Of a stretch of DNA of 64,000 nucleotides, positions 41,545-55,193 are shown in pieces. Origin of the DNA: an uncultured Chloroflexia bacterium (GTDB lineage: Bacteria > Chloroflexota > Limnocylindria > Limnocylindrales > CSP1-4); contig CAVXVP010000020.1 of NCBI GenBank assembly GCA_963765245.1, forward strand, positions 152,865 through 216,864, written 5' to 3'. Every line of letters begins with the position of its first letter. Position 1 is the stretch's first letter. The translations under genes were made by a program, and so were the position numbers. Below the pieces are notes generated by a model. It had not been told where the DNA came from and did no database searches. It was given only the letters and a program-made list of their open reading frames with translations.

Positions 41545-42330
41545 TCAGGTTTGTGGAGTCGGTGCCGGCGGCGTCGGCGTGGGCGTGGGCGTCGAGCCGC
41601 CGCCCGTCGGGACGGGCCCCGGATGCCATGGCGTGCCGAGCAACGGCAGGACGTAGCGATCCAGGCCGTAGTAGCCCGCGACCTTCCAGGCCAGCATGAG
41701 GCCGATCGCGAGGGTGAACATGACCGGGTTCGACGAGGCAGAACCGGCCAGCAGGAACGACATGTTCATGAGCGCCCCGAAGAACGCCGCGAACCCGGTC
41801 AGGAGTCCGACGATCAACCCGAGCCCGACCGCCATCTCACCGAACGCGATCAATGGGGCGAACCACGTCTGGGCATTGTTGTCGAGCAAGGTCTGGATGA
41901 AGGAGCGGTACCAGTCGTACGTGATGGCGGGGCTGCCGGTATCCGGGACCGTCACGGCGCGCTCCCAAAAGCCCTTCAGGGCCGCGCCGCCGTCCATCCA
42001 GCCCTTGCCGCTGAACTTGTGGTAGCCAGCCTCCAGCCAGGCAAAGCCGACGAAGAGGCGGATCGGTAGCCAGAAGAGGCCGGCCCGCGAATTGCTGAAC
42101 AGGAATCGAGTGAAGGCCGGGCCTTCGATCTCGATCGTCTCGCCGCCCGGCTCCGTGCGCATCTGGAAGAGCACGACGAGGAGGGCAAGGAATGAGATCC
42201 AGAAGACGATCGTGATGGCCTGGTTCGCAGTCGTGTCCGGTTCGACGACGATCCACGGATTGACCAGCAGGAAGAGCGTGATCGCGGCGATTGCCCCTAG
42301 GCCCCCCGCGATGTTCCGCTTGTTCGACAT
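41545..42330 (-). CDS. DoxX / DoxD-like membrane protein
   Basis: WLPIRLFVGFAWLEAGYHK, WY..FIQ, FGEMAVGLGLIVG, MNMSFLLAGSASSNP, AGYYGLDR. Confidence 0.85.
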   Translation of the reverse strand: MSNKRNIAGGLGAIAAITLFLLVNPWIVVEPDTTANQAITIVFWISFLALLVVLFQMRTEPGGETIEIEGPAFTRFLFSNSRAGLFWLPIRLFVGFAWLEAGYHKFSGKGWMDGGAALKGFWERAVTVPDTGSPAITYDWYRSFIQTLLDNNAQTWFAPLIAFGEMAVGLGLIVGLLTGFAAFFGALMNMSFLLAGSASSNPVMFTLAIGLMLAWKVAGYYGLDRYVLPLLGTPWHPGPVPTGGGSTPTPTPTPPAPTPQT

Positions 42331-42483
42331 CGTGTTCCCTTCCTTTTCCCTCCGTTCTGTCCCGAAGCGGGACAGCAGCTCGACTCATATTCAACTCCAC
42401 CGTACATCACCCAAGAACGGCCAACCGGCCCTCTCTAAGGGTCCTTTGGCCCGCGCCACGCATGCCGCGGATCCGGTCTGGCG

Positions 42484-42541
42484 TGATGCTTGATTTCGGG
42501 CTCCGGCGACCACGTCCGTTCCCTATGCCAATGGGCGGCAT
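42484..42541 (+). repeat. Bipartite repeat copy C
   Basis: TGATGCTTGAT (42484-42494) + 30 nt + ATGCCAATGGGCGGCAT (42525-42541). Confidence 0.9.
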
Positions 42542-42584
42542 AACCTCGGGAGGGTGGGGGTTCCGCGACATGGGCGGGCGCGCG

Positions 42585-42642
42585 ATGCCGCCCATTGGCA
42601 TCAGTTGGCGATGTGCTCGCAGGCGCCTCAGATCAAGCATCA
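42585..42642 (-). repeat. Bipartite repeat copy D (inverted relative to C)
   Basis: ATGCCGCCCATTGGCAT (42585-42601) + 30 nt + ATCAAGCATCA (42632-42642). Confidence 0.9.
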
Positions 42643-42672
42643 AACGGGGTCCACAGCGCGATGTCACCGATT

Positions 42673-42711
42673 GTGAACATCTGGTCGAAATAGCCACACG
42701 CGCGGTACACT
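42673..42711 (+). promoter_or_regulatory. Putative LexA (SOS) box overlapping the -35 region of the lhr promoter
   Basis: GTGAACATCTGGTCGA (42673-42688), i.e. GAAC-N4-GGTC; -10 TACACT at 42706-42711. Confidence 0.55.
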
Positions 42712-42721
42712 GTGCGGCCCG

Positions 42722-47303
<4,582 letters not shown>

Positions 47304-48092
47304 GTGCCCGAAGGCGACACGCTCTTCCGGACCGCGGCGGGTCTCCGGCCCTACCTCGTCGGGCGGACCGTCACGGCAGCCCGCACCGCCGGCCCCGGCC
47401 CGGTCCCCCAGGTCGCGCGCATCGTCGGTCGCGAGATCACGGCGGTCGAGTCTCTCGGCAAGAACCTGCTGATCCGCTTCGACAACGGCCTCGAGATTCG
47501 GACCCACCTCAGGATGAACGGCTCGTGGCACCGCTACCGGCCGGGCGAGCACTGGCGGCGACCGCCCGGGCGCGCCCGGCTCGTCATCGAGGTCCCGGGC
47601 GCGGTCGCGGTCTGCTTCGACGCCCCGGTGGTGGAGCTTCTCGAACAACGCGCCGAGACGCTCCATCCGTCGCTCGGGCGACTCGGGCCGGATCTCCTCA
47701 GCCCCGATTTCGATGCCGACGAGGCGATCCGTCGCCTGCGCGACCCGTCACGCGCCAGGATGTCGATCGCCGAGGCGCTGCTCGATCAGCGCGCACTGGC
47801 CGGGATCGGCAACATCTGGAAGAACGAGACGCTCTGGACCGAGCGAGTCTCGCCGTTCAGGACCGTCGGCGCGCTGGACGAGGCGACGGTCGCCCGGCTC
47901 GTCGGGACAGCGCGACGACTCCTCCTGGCCAGCGTCGGTGGACGCTCAGGTTCGCGCTCCGTCTACGGTCGCAGCGGGCGGCCGTGTCGGCGCTGCGGGA
48001 CGGTGATCGCAAGCGTCCAGCAGGGGACCGAGATCCCGCGGACGACGTACTGGTGTCCGACCTGCCAGCCGACTCTGACGTCTGAGCCCTAG
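47304..48092 (+). CDS. nei: Fpg/Nei family DNA glycosylase
   Basis: N-terminal PEGD, GKNLLI, HLRMNG, LLDQRALAGIGNIW, zinc finger CRRCG...CPTCQ; abuts lhr. Confidence 0.93.
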   Translation: MPEGDTLFRTAAGLRPYLVGRTVTAARTAGPGPVPQVARIVGREITAVESLGKNLLIRFDNGLEIRTHLRMNGSWHRYRPGEHWRRPPGRARLVIEVPGAVAVCFDAPVVELLEQRAETLHPSLGRLGPDLLSPDFDADEAIRRLRDPSRARMSIAEALLDQRALAGIGNIWKNETLWTERVSPFRTVGALDEATVARLVGTARRLLLASVGGRSGSRSVYGRSGRPCRRCGTVIASVQQGTEIPRTTYWCPTCQPTLTSEP

Positions 48093-49045
48093 TTCGCGCG
48101 GACCACTGAGTCGAACATGCCGAGCGGGCAGTGCGCGGTCACGACGAAGTTCGGGACGTCGACGATCTCGCTGATCCGCAGATCCACGGCGACGCTGCAC
48201 AGCAGGTATGCCTCGACCGCGGACAGCCCGTGGACGCGACCGAGCCAGTCGATCATCCGACGGAGCGCATCGCGGGCGGCCGTGAGCAGATCGGGCCCGA
48301 TCCCGTCGGTGGCGTAGCGCCGGCCGGAGCGCAGCTCCGCGTTCGGGTCGGGCGCGGCGAGGAACTCCGGGCCCGACACGTGGACGTCTTTGCGCACCGT
48401 GAGGCGGACCGTCGCCCGCATCGGGGTCTCGATCGCCGTCCCGGACACCTCGCCGTCGCCCTGCGCAGCGTGTCCGTCCCCGATCGAGAACCGCGCGCCC
48501 GGCACGAAGACGGGCAGGAACAGCGTCGAACCGGCGACCAGGTGGCGGGTGTCCATGTTGCCGCCGTGGAGGTCGGGCGGGATCGTGCTGAGAGGCCCAG
48601 TGAGCGGCGCGACACCCATCTCGCCACAGAACGGCGCCAGGGGCACGTGGACCCCCGGCCAGAACTCGGCCAGGCCGCTCGCCCGGGGCAGGGCAGTGAC
48701 CTTGTAGAACGGAGCGGGGAAGTCGTCGGCCAGCAGCCCGAAGCCGGGGATGTTGGCGGTCCAGCCCCAGTTCGCCGGCTCGAGCTCGAGGATGTCGATC
48801 TGGAGCGAGTCGCCCGGCTCGGCGCCGGCGACCTCGACCGGACCATTGACCTGGTCGACCTGCTCGAAGACGAGCGTCTCGAGGTCGGCGGTGACCGAGT
48901 CAGCGGTCAGCTGTCCATTCGATGAGTCGAGGCAATCGAACCCGACGATGTCGCCCGACGACACCGTGGCGACCGGCGGGATCGCCGGGTCCCAGGCGAG
49001 GTGGGTCGCGTCACGGGCGACATGGATGGTCGGCGTGTGGAGCAC
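48089..49045 (-). CDS. Acetamidase/formamidase family protein
   Basis: QVNGPVEVAGAEPGD, PFCGEMGVAP, HGGNMD, GDGHAAQGDGEVSGTAIE, EAYLLCS. Confidence 0.92.
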   Translation of the reverse strand: MLHTPTIHVARDATHLAWDPAIPPVATVSSGDIVGFDCLDSSNGQLTADSVTADLETLVFEQVDQVNGPVEVAGAEPGDSLQIDILELEPANWGWTANIPGFGLLADDFPAPFYKVTALPRASGLAEFWPGVHVPLAPFCGEMGVAPLTGPLSTIPPDLHGGNMDTRHLVAGSTLFLPVFVPGARFSIGDGHAAQGDGEVSGTAIETPMRATVRLTVRKDVHVSGPEFLAAPDPNAELRSGRRYATDGIGPDLLTAARDALRRMIDWLGRVHGLSAVEAYLLCSVAVDLRISEIVDVPNFVVTAHCPLGMFDSVVRAN

Positions 49046-49111
49046 GGTCGGTGCCTCCTCCGCGGTGGTGGGCGGCCCGCGTCATCCGCGAGCCGCCGTT
49101 CAGTGCCGAGT

Positions 49112-50638
49112 TCAGGCCGGCGTGGCCGGCGCAGCTGGTGCGGCCGGAGGGGCCGGCGCCACCTCGTCGGTCTCGCCCATCGCCTCGCGGACGGAGCGCA
49201 GCTTGTCGCGCTCCCGGAACCAGAAGTAGAGCCCGATGACGATCCCGATCAGCATCCAGATCCCAACCAGAGGTGGGACTACCGAGTAGGGCTCGACCAA
49301 CGGATCAAGCTTCACATCCACGATCGGGATGGTGACGCCGCCAAGCACGCCGAGGAACGCCGGGATCATCAGGATGAACCCGATCACGGGCACGATCAGG
49401 TGCTTGAACCAGTTGAACTCGTCACGCCGCTCGCGCCAGTAGTAGCCGATCGCGGCGAGGTTGACCGCCATGTACATCCCGGCGAACAACAGCCCGATCG
49501 CGTAGCCGATCGTGACATATGAGTTCAGCGGGCCGGGCGTCTTCGGGTACTGGTTGCCCAGGAAGAGGCTGAGCCCGACGGCGATGATGATCCCAACGAT
49601 CGCCTGCAGGTGGATCGCCGTTGACGGCGTGTGATGCGTCGGGTGGACATTCCCGAATGCTGCCGGGAGGAGCCGCGACCGTCCGAGCGCAAAGACCGAT
49701 CGAGTCGACGCGTTCGCTCCCGAGTTCGCATTGGCGAGACAGCTGTTGAGGATCGCGATCGTGACCAGGTAACTGCCGATGCCGGGCAGGACCTCGTCGG
49801 CCATGCCACCCCATGGGTTGCTGTCGTTGGCGGCGAAGAAGTCGGCCATCTTGTCCGGGCCGAAATAGACGGTCGCGGCGTAGTAGCAGAACACGTAGAA
49901 GAGGCCGATCAGGATCGCCGACCCGATGATCGCCAGGCGTGTGTTCCGCTTCGGATCGCGTGTCTCCTCGGCCAGCGGTGCGGCCGCTTCGAATCCGACG
50001 AACGCGAGCAGGCAGAAGACCATCCCCTGGAGGGCGGGCTGGATCCCCGCGTCGCCAGGGATGAACACGGACGCTGTGTTCCGGCTGCCGGCGTTGATCA
50101 CGAGCAGGGCCGACACGAACACCATGATCCCGATCTCGATCAGGCCGAGAGCGACCCCGACGCGTGTCGAGATCGAGACGCCGCGGTACGTGAGGTACCA
50201 CACGATGCCGGCGCAGATCAGGGCCAGCGGGACCCACAGGTATTCCTGCTCGAAGCCAGTCAGCTCCGTGATGAACGACGCCCCGAAGAAGCCGAAGGCC
50301 GCGAACAGGATCGACGGAACGACGATCGACGCGAGCAGGAACGCCCATGCGATCAGCCAACCGGCATACGACCCGAGTCCACGGCCGACGTAGGTGTACA
50401 TGCCGCCCGCGGACGGAAGGTGGCGGGCGAGCTCGCCCATCGAGAACGCCGTGAACAGGACCGCGATCAGGGCAAACAGGACGGCCAGCGGGGTCAGGCC
50501 GAGCGCGAAAACCGTCGCGAATCCGATCGACAGGGCGACGGCGACCGCCGGCGCCATGAATGTGATGGACTGGAACAGCACCTCGGTCAGTCCGATCGCG
50601 TTCCGTTCCAGCTGCTGCTGCTGGGGTTGCGAGGTCAT
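49112..50638 (-). CDS. APC family amino acid/amine permease
   Basis: FQSITFMAPA, PSAGGMYTY, FVGFEAAAPLAEETRDP, ~12 TM segments; AAGGAGG RBS. Confidence 0.92.
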   Translation of the reverse strand: MTSQPQQQQLERNAIGLTEVLFQSITFMAPAVAVALSIGFATVFALGLTPLAVLFALIAVLFTAFSMGELARHLPSAGGMYTYVGRGLGSYAGWLIAWAFLLASIVVPSILFAAFGFFGASFITELTGFEQEYLWVPLALICAGIVWYLTYRGVSISTRVGVALGLIEIGIMVFVSALLVINAGSRNTASVFIPGDAGIQPALQGMVFCLLAFVGFEAAAPLAEETRDPKRNTRLAIIGSAILIGLFYVFCYYAATVYFGPDKMADFFAANDSNPWGGMADEVLPGIGSYLVTIAILNSCLANANSGANASTRSVFALGRSRLLPAAFGNVHPTHHTPSTAIHLQAIVGIIIAVGLSLFLGNQYPKTPGPLNSYVTIGYAIGLLFAGMYMAVNLAAIGYYWRERRDEFNWFKHLIVPVIGFILMIPAFLGVLGGVTIPIVDVKLDPLVEPYSVVPPLVGIWMLIGIVIGLYFWFRERDKLRSVREAMGETDEVAPAPPAAPAAPATPA

Positions 50639-50780
50639 CAGGGCCTCCTTCTGACCCGCCCAAATCAGGTAGCGCTCCCTCCTGCGCACGGGTCGAGATG
50701 CATGGTATGCAGCCGACAGGGCTGGGGGAAGGGGTATCGCGTGAATGGCGGCCTCGAGCGCCCGCGTATCATCGCGCTCG

Positions 50781-51497
50781 ATGTGCGAGCACTTCATCGC
50801 CAGGGCCGCCGAGCCATTCAGTCTCGACGAGCTTTGGCAGTTCACTGAGAAGCTCGAGCGGTTTGGCCTGGCCGGCTACGGCTGGGGCGCCGCCTGGCTC
50901 GGCGGGGACGGAAAGCTCGCGTCGTACCGTGACATCCGGGCATTCCGCGACGATCCCGGACGTGAATCCGTCGGGGCGACCGAGACGACATCGGCCCTGG
51001 TCCATCTGCGTCGTCCATCGCGCCTGTCGACGTGGACCCTGTCCGACACGCAGCCGTTCGATGACCCGGCCGGTCGCTTCGCGTTCAGTCACAACGGCGA
51101 CCTGCGTGATTACAAGGACCTGCGCGCCACGTACCGCGCCGCCGGTCGCATCCACGGCCGCGCCGACACCGAGGTCGGGGAGCGCTGGCTCGAGGACGCG
51201 TGGCAACCGGATTCCTCCGGGGGCTCGCTGCTCGCGGCGCTTCACGACCGCTTCGGCGGGCTGGCCAACCTCGCGCTCCTGACCGCCGACGGGACGGCGC
51301 ACCACTACGCCGGCAACGATGAGAACCCTGTATTCGCGTTCCGCCTCGGCAGGATCGGGATCGCGTCGACCGGGATCTACTCGCTCGATCGCTCGCTCTT
51401 CACGTTCGTGGCGCCGGGGGCCACCGACCGCAGGATGGTTCGCTTGCATTCGGGTGTCACACTCGGGCCTGACGGGCGTCACTCAGTCGTCAACTAA
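50781..51497 (+). CDS. Class II glutamine amidotransferase-like Ntn hydrolase (EgtC-like)
   Basis: Met-Cys start (MCEHF), GWGAAW, LVHLR, DTQPF, FSHNG, ADTE; TATCAT -10 eight nt upstream. Confidence 0.8.
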   Translation: MCEHFIARAAEPFSLDELWQFTEKLERFGLAGYGWGAAWLGGDGKLASYRDIRAFRDDPGRESVGATETTSALVHLRRPSRLSTWTLSDTQPFDDPAGRFAFSHNGDLRDYKDLRATYRAAGRIHGRADTEVGERWLEDAWQPDSSGGSLLAALHDRFGGLANLALLTADGTAHHYAGNDENPVFAFRLGRIGIASTGIYSLDRSLFTFVAPGATDRRMVRLHSGVTLGPDGRHSVVN

Positions 51498-51520
51498 GCG
51501 CACCGACCGAGGAGGTCAGC

Positions 51521-52915
51521 GTGCACGTCCCGAGTGCGGCCGGGGGATCCAACGCCGACGGGCGACCGACCGCGGACCTGAGCATCCGCGAGCTGTTCGA
51601 CCTGAACAGCTACTGGCTGGCGATCAACATCCTGTGGGGAGCGCTCGGGATCAGCTTGCTGCCGATCCTGATCATCGACACGGTCTGCGGCGGCGACCAG
51701 GTCTGCGGCAACCCGACCCCGATCCTCGGTGGAATCGTGGCCCCGAAGGGGACGGCCGAGGCGATCATCACGACACTCGGTGTCCTCGTCGCGATCCTGG
51801 TCCAGCCGACCGTGGCGGCCATCAGCGACCACACCTCCACGCGGATCGGACGGCGCAAGCCGTTCATCATCGTCGGGACGATCTTCGACATGATCTTCCT
51901 GCTCGGCTTCTACCTCGCGGGCGCGTGGATCGGCCTGCTGATCTTCTACGTCCTCCTCCAGTTCAGCTCGAATTTCGCGCAGGGGCCGTTCCAGGGCTAC
52001 ATGCCGGACCTCGTGCCGGCACGCCAGGTCGGGCTGGCCAGCGGGCTGATGGGGCTGATGATCCTGCTCGGGACCGGTGGCGGGGCGATCCTCGTTGCGG
52101 GTGCGACGGCCTTCGGTAACCCGCGCGCGGCCGTCTTCGTGATCATGGCTGTCGAACTGGTGACGATGCTGCTGACCGTGACCCGGGTGCGCGACGGTCG
52201 GCCCGGCATCCCGCGCAACGGGCGCTCGTGGGGCCGTATCGCGCTCGAAGCGTGGGGCACCGACATCCTCCGCGAACGGAGCTTCATCTGGCTGCTCGGG
52301 TCGCGGCTCTTCCTGCTGATGGCGACGTCGACCCTGATCGCGATGTCCTTCTTCTTCATGCAGGACACGTTCGCGCTCAAGCGGCAAGAGGCGGTCAACC
52401 TGACCGCGGTCGCTGGCATCCTGGTGATCGTCTTCGGCGCCATCGCGACGCTGCCGTCGGGCCGCCTGTCTCAGCGCTTCGGCCGGAAGCGGATGATCTT
52501 CCTCGCCGCGGCGATCGGGTTCATCGGCATGGCCGGGATCGCGATGTCGCAGTCTCCGACGCAGGCCCTCGTGTTCGTGGTCCTCGTCGGCATCGGTGGC
52601 GGGATCTTCCTGGCGGTCGACTGGGCGCTGATGACCGACATCATTCCCAAGGCCGAATCGGGCCGCTACATGGGCATCAGCAACGTCGTGACCGGCGCGT
52701 CCGGAGCGCTCGCCGCGGCCATCGGTTTCGTCATCCTCGACTTCGGCAACAAGATCTCGTATGGGCTGGGTCCTCGGCTCGCCTTCGCGGTCGCCTGCTC
52801 CTATTACGTGATCGGGGCATTGCTCCTGAGGCCGGTCGACGAGCACCGGCGCGAGGACGCTCCGGCGATCGAAACCGCGACGGAGCCACAGATCAGCCCG
52901 GCGCCGGCCGGCTGA
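51521..52915 (+). CDS. MFS transporter (SLC45/BT1-like)
   Basis: QPTVAAISD..STRIGRRKPFI, MPDLVP..QVGLASG, GRLSQRFGRK, DWALMTD. Confidence 0.9.
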   Translation: MHVPSAAGGSNADGRPTADLSIRELFDLNSYWLAINILWGALGISLLPILIIDTVCGGDQVCGNPTPILGGIVAPKGTAEAIITTLGVLVAILVQPTVAAISDHTSTRIGRRKPFIIVGTIFDMIFLLGFYLAGAWIGLLIFYVLLQFSSNFAQGPFQGYMPDLVPARQVGLASGLMGLMILLGTGGGAILVAGATAFGNPRAAVFVIMAVELVTMLLTVTRVRDGRPGIPRNGRSWGRIALEAWGTDILRERSFIWLLGSRLFLLMATSTLIAMSFFFMQDTFALKRQEAVNLTAVAGILVIVFGAIATLPSGRLSQRFGRKRMIFLAAAIGFIGMAGIAMSQSPTQALVFVVLVGIGGGIFLAVDWALMTDIIPKAESGRYMGISNVVTGASGALAAAIGFVILDFGNKISYGLGPRLAFAVACSYYVIGALLLRPVDEHRREDAPAIETATEPQISPAPAG

Positions 52916-53822
52916 GGCGCCCGCGCGCGTCCGTGATCCAGGCCCGCCACGTCGCGGGCCGCAGGAAGTCGAGCGGGTCGGCCTTGCGGTAGAGCCACGG
53001 GACGGCGGCCCAGAGGTAGACCAGGAAGTCGAGCCTGACCGGGCGCGCGCCGAAGCCGAACAGCGCCTGGAGCTGGATGATCGTGAGCGGCAGCGTCAGC
53101 AGGCTGAGGGCGACCGAGACGGCCAGCCAGAACAGCCCCCACTGTTTCGCTCGACCGGGGAGGATCGGCCAGAAGACGACCGGGACCCATTTCATCCAGG
53201 TCGCCAACGCCCATAACAGGCCGCCGAGCCGCGGACCGGTGAACTGAGCGGCCCACAACATCAAGGTGAGCTGCAGGTTGATGTTGCCGGTGTCGAGGTT
53301 GGCACCGAACGGGAAAGCCAGGACCGCGATGATGATCGCCGTCGTCAGCGGCCGGCGGCGGTACGCCCAGTGGATCGTCCAGAGCAGGAGCAGGATCGTC
53401 CCGACCCGCCAGAGGAACCAGGCGACATCCCACGGTAGCACCGCCCACGGCGCGAAGAGCGGCAGCATCCACGGGGCGTAGACATAGGGCAGGAACGGCC
53501 CGACGGGATGGTACGGGTCGCCGCCGTTGAGCCAGATCCGGACTCCCGCCCAGTAGGCGCGGGCATCGGCCCCGCCCGCCTCGCCGCGGGCGATCATTCC
53601 CGACAGGACGACGGCGAAAGTCAGGCTGAGCAGCAGGATCGCGGCGATCCGGCGCGGATCGTGGAGTCGCGAGACCTCGCGCCGGAGCGCCCTGCGAAAG
53701 ACGCCGGCACGCCGTCGCGTCCCGCGATCCACGTGATCGGATAGGTCGACGATGATCCGTCCGCGCCCACGGGCCGTGCCCGGAACAGGCTGGAGGCCGG
53801 GCGGCGGCGCAGGATCGGTCAT
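52893..53822 (-). CDS. GT-C glycosyltransferase family 87 (DUF2029)-like membrane protein
   Basis: DARAYW...G.DPY...PYVYAPW, GNINL, KWVP. Confidence 0.75.
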   Translation of the reverse strand: MTDPAPPPGLQPVPGTARGRGRIIVDLSDHVDRGTRRRAGVFRRALRREVSRLHDPRRIAAILLLSLTFAVVLSGMIARGEAGGADARAYWAGVRIWLNGGDPYHPVGPFLPYVYAPWMLPLFAPWAVLPWDVAWFLWRVGTILLLLWTIHWAYRRRPLTTAIIIAVLAFPFGANLDTGNINLQLTLMLWAAQFTGPRLGGLLWALATWMKWVPVVFWPILPGRAKQWGLFWLAVSVALSLLTLPLTIIQLQALFGFGARPVRLDFLVYLWAAVPWLYRKADPLDFLRPATWRAWITDARGRLSRPAPG

Positions 53823-53908
53823 GGCAGGGCATTCTCGCATGGCGGCTCTCGCGTTCCGCGAGGCGCGCGCGACGGTCGACATGCCAGCCGAGGCGGCAGA
53901 CTGCCTTC

Positions 53909-54211
53909 GTGGAACCTGGGAGCCCGCACGTCACGCCGTCGCCCGAGTCGCCGACGAGGCCGCCGATCGACCCATCACCTGGTGCCGATCCGGAGCCGGT
54001 CCTCCCGCCCGGTCGCGAGGTCGCGTGGCGGGAGATGACCGGCTGCTTCGTGGCTTATCTGCTGATGGCCATCGCGATCATCGGACTGCCGCTCGGGATC
54101 GTGTTCGGCGTCCTCACCGGGGAGTGGCGCTGGCTCGTTCCGTGGGCGCTCGTGGCGATCTCGGTCTTCGTCCTGGGTCGGCTCAACAAGATCCCGATCT
54201 TCGGCAGCTAG
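53909..54211 (+). CDS. Small two-TM membrane protein
   Basis: Pro-rich N-terminus then two hydrophobic helices. Confidence 0.6.
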   Translation: MEPGSPHVTPSPESPTRPPIDPSPGADPEPVLPPGREVAWREMTGCFVAYLLMAIAIIGLPLGIVFGVLTGEWRWLVPWALVAISVFVLGRLNKIPIFGS

Positions 54212-54315
54212 GCTGCCCTTGCGCCAGATCGGCGCCCGCAAGACTGATCGGGAGCGGTCGCGGCCTCGCGTCCGGTATCCTCTCGCGAAGCACTCCCTAG
54301 GAGTCGAGATCCCCA

Positions 54316-55152
54316 GTGGCTGATGGAACCGTCATCATCATCGGCGGTGCGGAAGACAAGGTCCGCGACCGCGTGATCCTGAACCGCTTCGTCACGTTGG
54401 CGGGTGGCCCAGACGCCACGATCGCGGTCATCAGCACCGCGTCGTCGCTCGGGCTCGAGGCCGGCGAGCGATATCGCGCCGTCTTCGGGGAACTGGGCGC
54501 CAAGCGTGTTCGCCCGCTCCACGCGGTCACTCGGCCGCAGGCCAACGACGAGACCGCAGTGATGGCCGTTCGCGACGCGACCGGCGTCTTCCTCACCGGC
54601 GGAAACCAGCTGCGGCTGTCGTCGACGATCGGTGGGACGCTCCTCGCCGATGCGATCCTCGACCGTTTCCAGGACGGCGCGGTGGTGGCCGGTACGTCCG
54701 CCGGCGCGTCGGCGATGTCGAGCCACATGATCGCGTTTGGCGCGTCGGGCGCCACGCCCAAGCACCGCATGGCCCAGATCGCGGCGGGTCTCGGCGTCCT
54801 GCCCGGGGTCATCATCGACCAGCATTTCCAGCAACGGAACCGCCTTGGGCGGCTGCTCAGCCTGATCGCCCAGAACCCGAGCCTGCTCGGGCTCGGTGTC
54901 GACGAGGACACGGCCGGCGTCGTCGGCCCGGACCACATCATGGAGGTCATCGGTCGCGGTTCGATCACCGTCGTCGATGGCGCCAAGTCCGAGACCGACG
55001 CCTGGGAGATCCACGGACACCGGCCACTCATGATCAGCGGCGTCGTGCTGCATTCCCTGCCGGCCGGATATCGATTCGACCTGCGCCATCGCGAACGCGT
55101 CGCGACGCCGACCCTCCACGCATTGCCCGGCGGCGAGGCCGCTTCCAGCTAG
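54316..55152 (+). CDS. cphB: Cyanophycinase
   Basis: IIGGAEDK, FLTGGNQLRL, AGTSAGA, IDQHFQQRNRLGRL, GVDEDT. Confidence 0.95.
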   Translation: MADGTVIIIGGAEDKVRDRVILNRFVTLAGGPDATIAVISTASSLGLEAGERYRAVFGELGAKRVRPLHAVTRPQANDETAVMAVRDATGVFLTGGNQLRLSSTIGGTLLADAILDRFQDGAVVAGTSAGASAMSSHMIAFGASGATPKHRMAQIAAGLGVLPGVIIDQHFQQRNRLGRLLSLIAQNPSLLGLGVDEDTAGVVGPDHIMEVIGRGSITVVDGAKSETDAWEIHGHRPLMISGVVLHSLPAGYRFDLRHRERVATPTLHALPGGEAASS

Positions 55153-55193
55153 TCCGGCCGGCTGGTCGCCACCAGCCGGCGGAGGAGGAACCC

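Noticed and set aside
12183-42642. CRISPR array interpretation of the constant-variable-constant repeat with 30-nt spacers
   Set aside because: The two flanking blocks differ, copies are inverted and dispersed rather than tandem, and no cas genes are present
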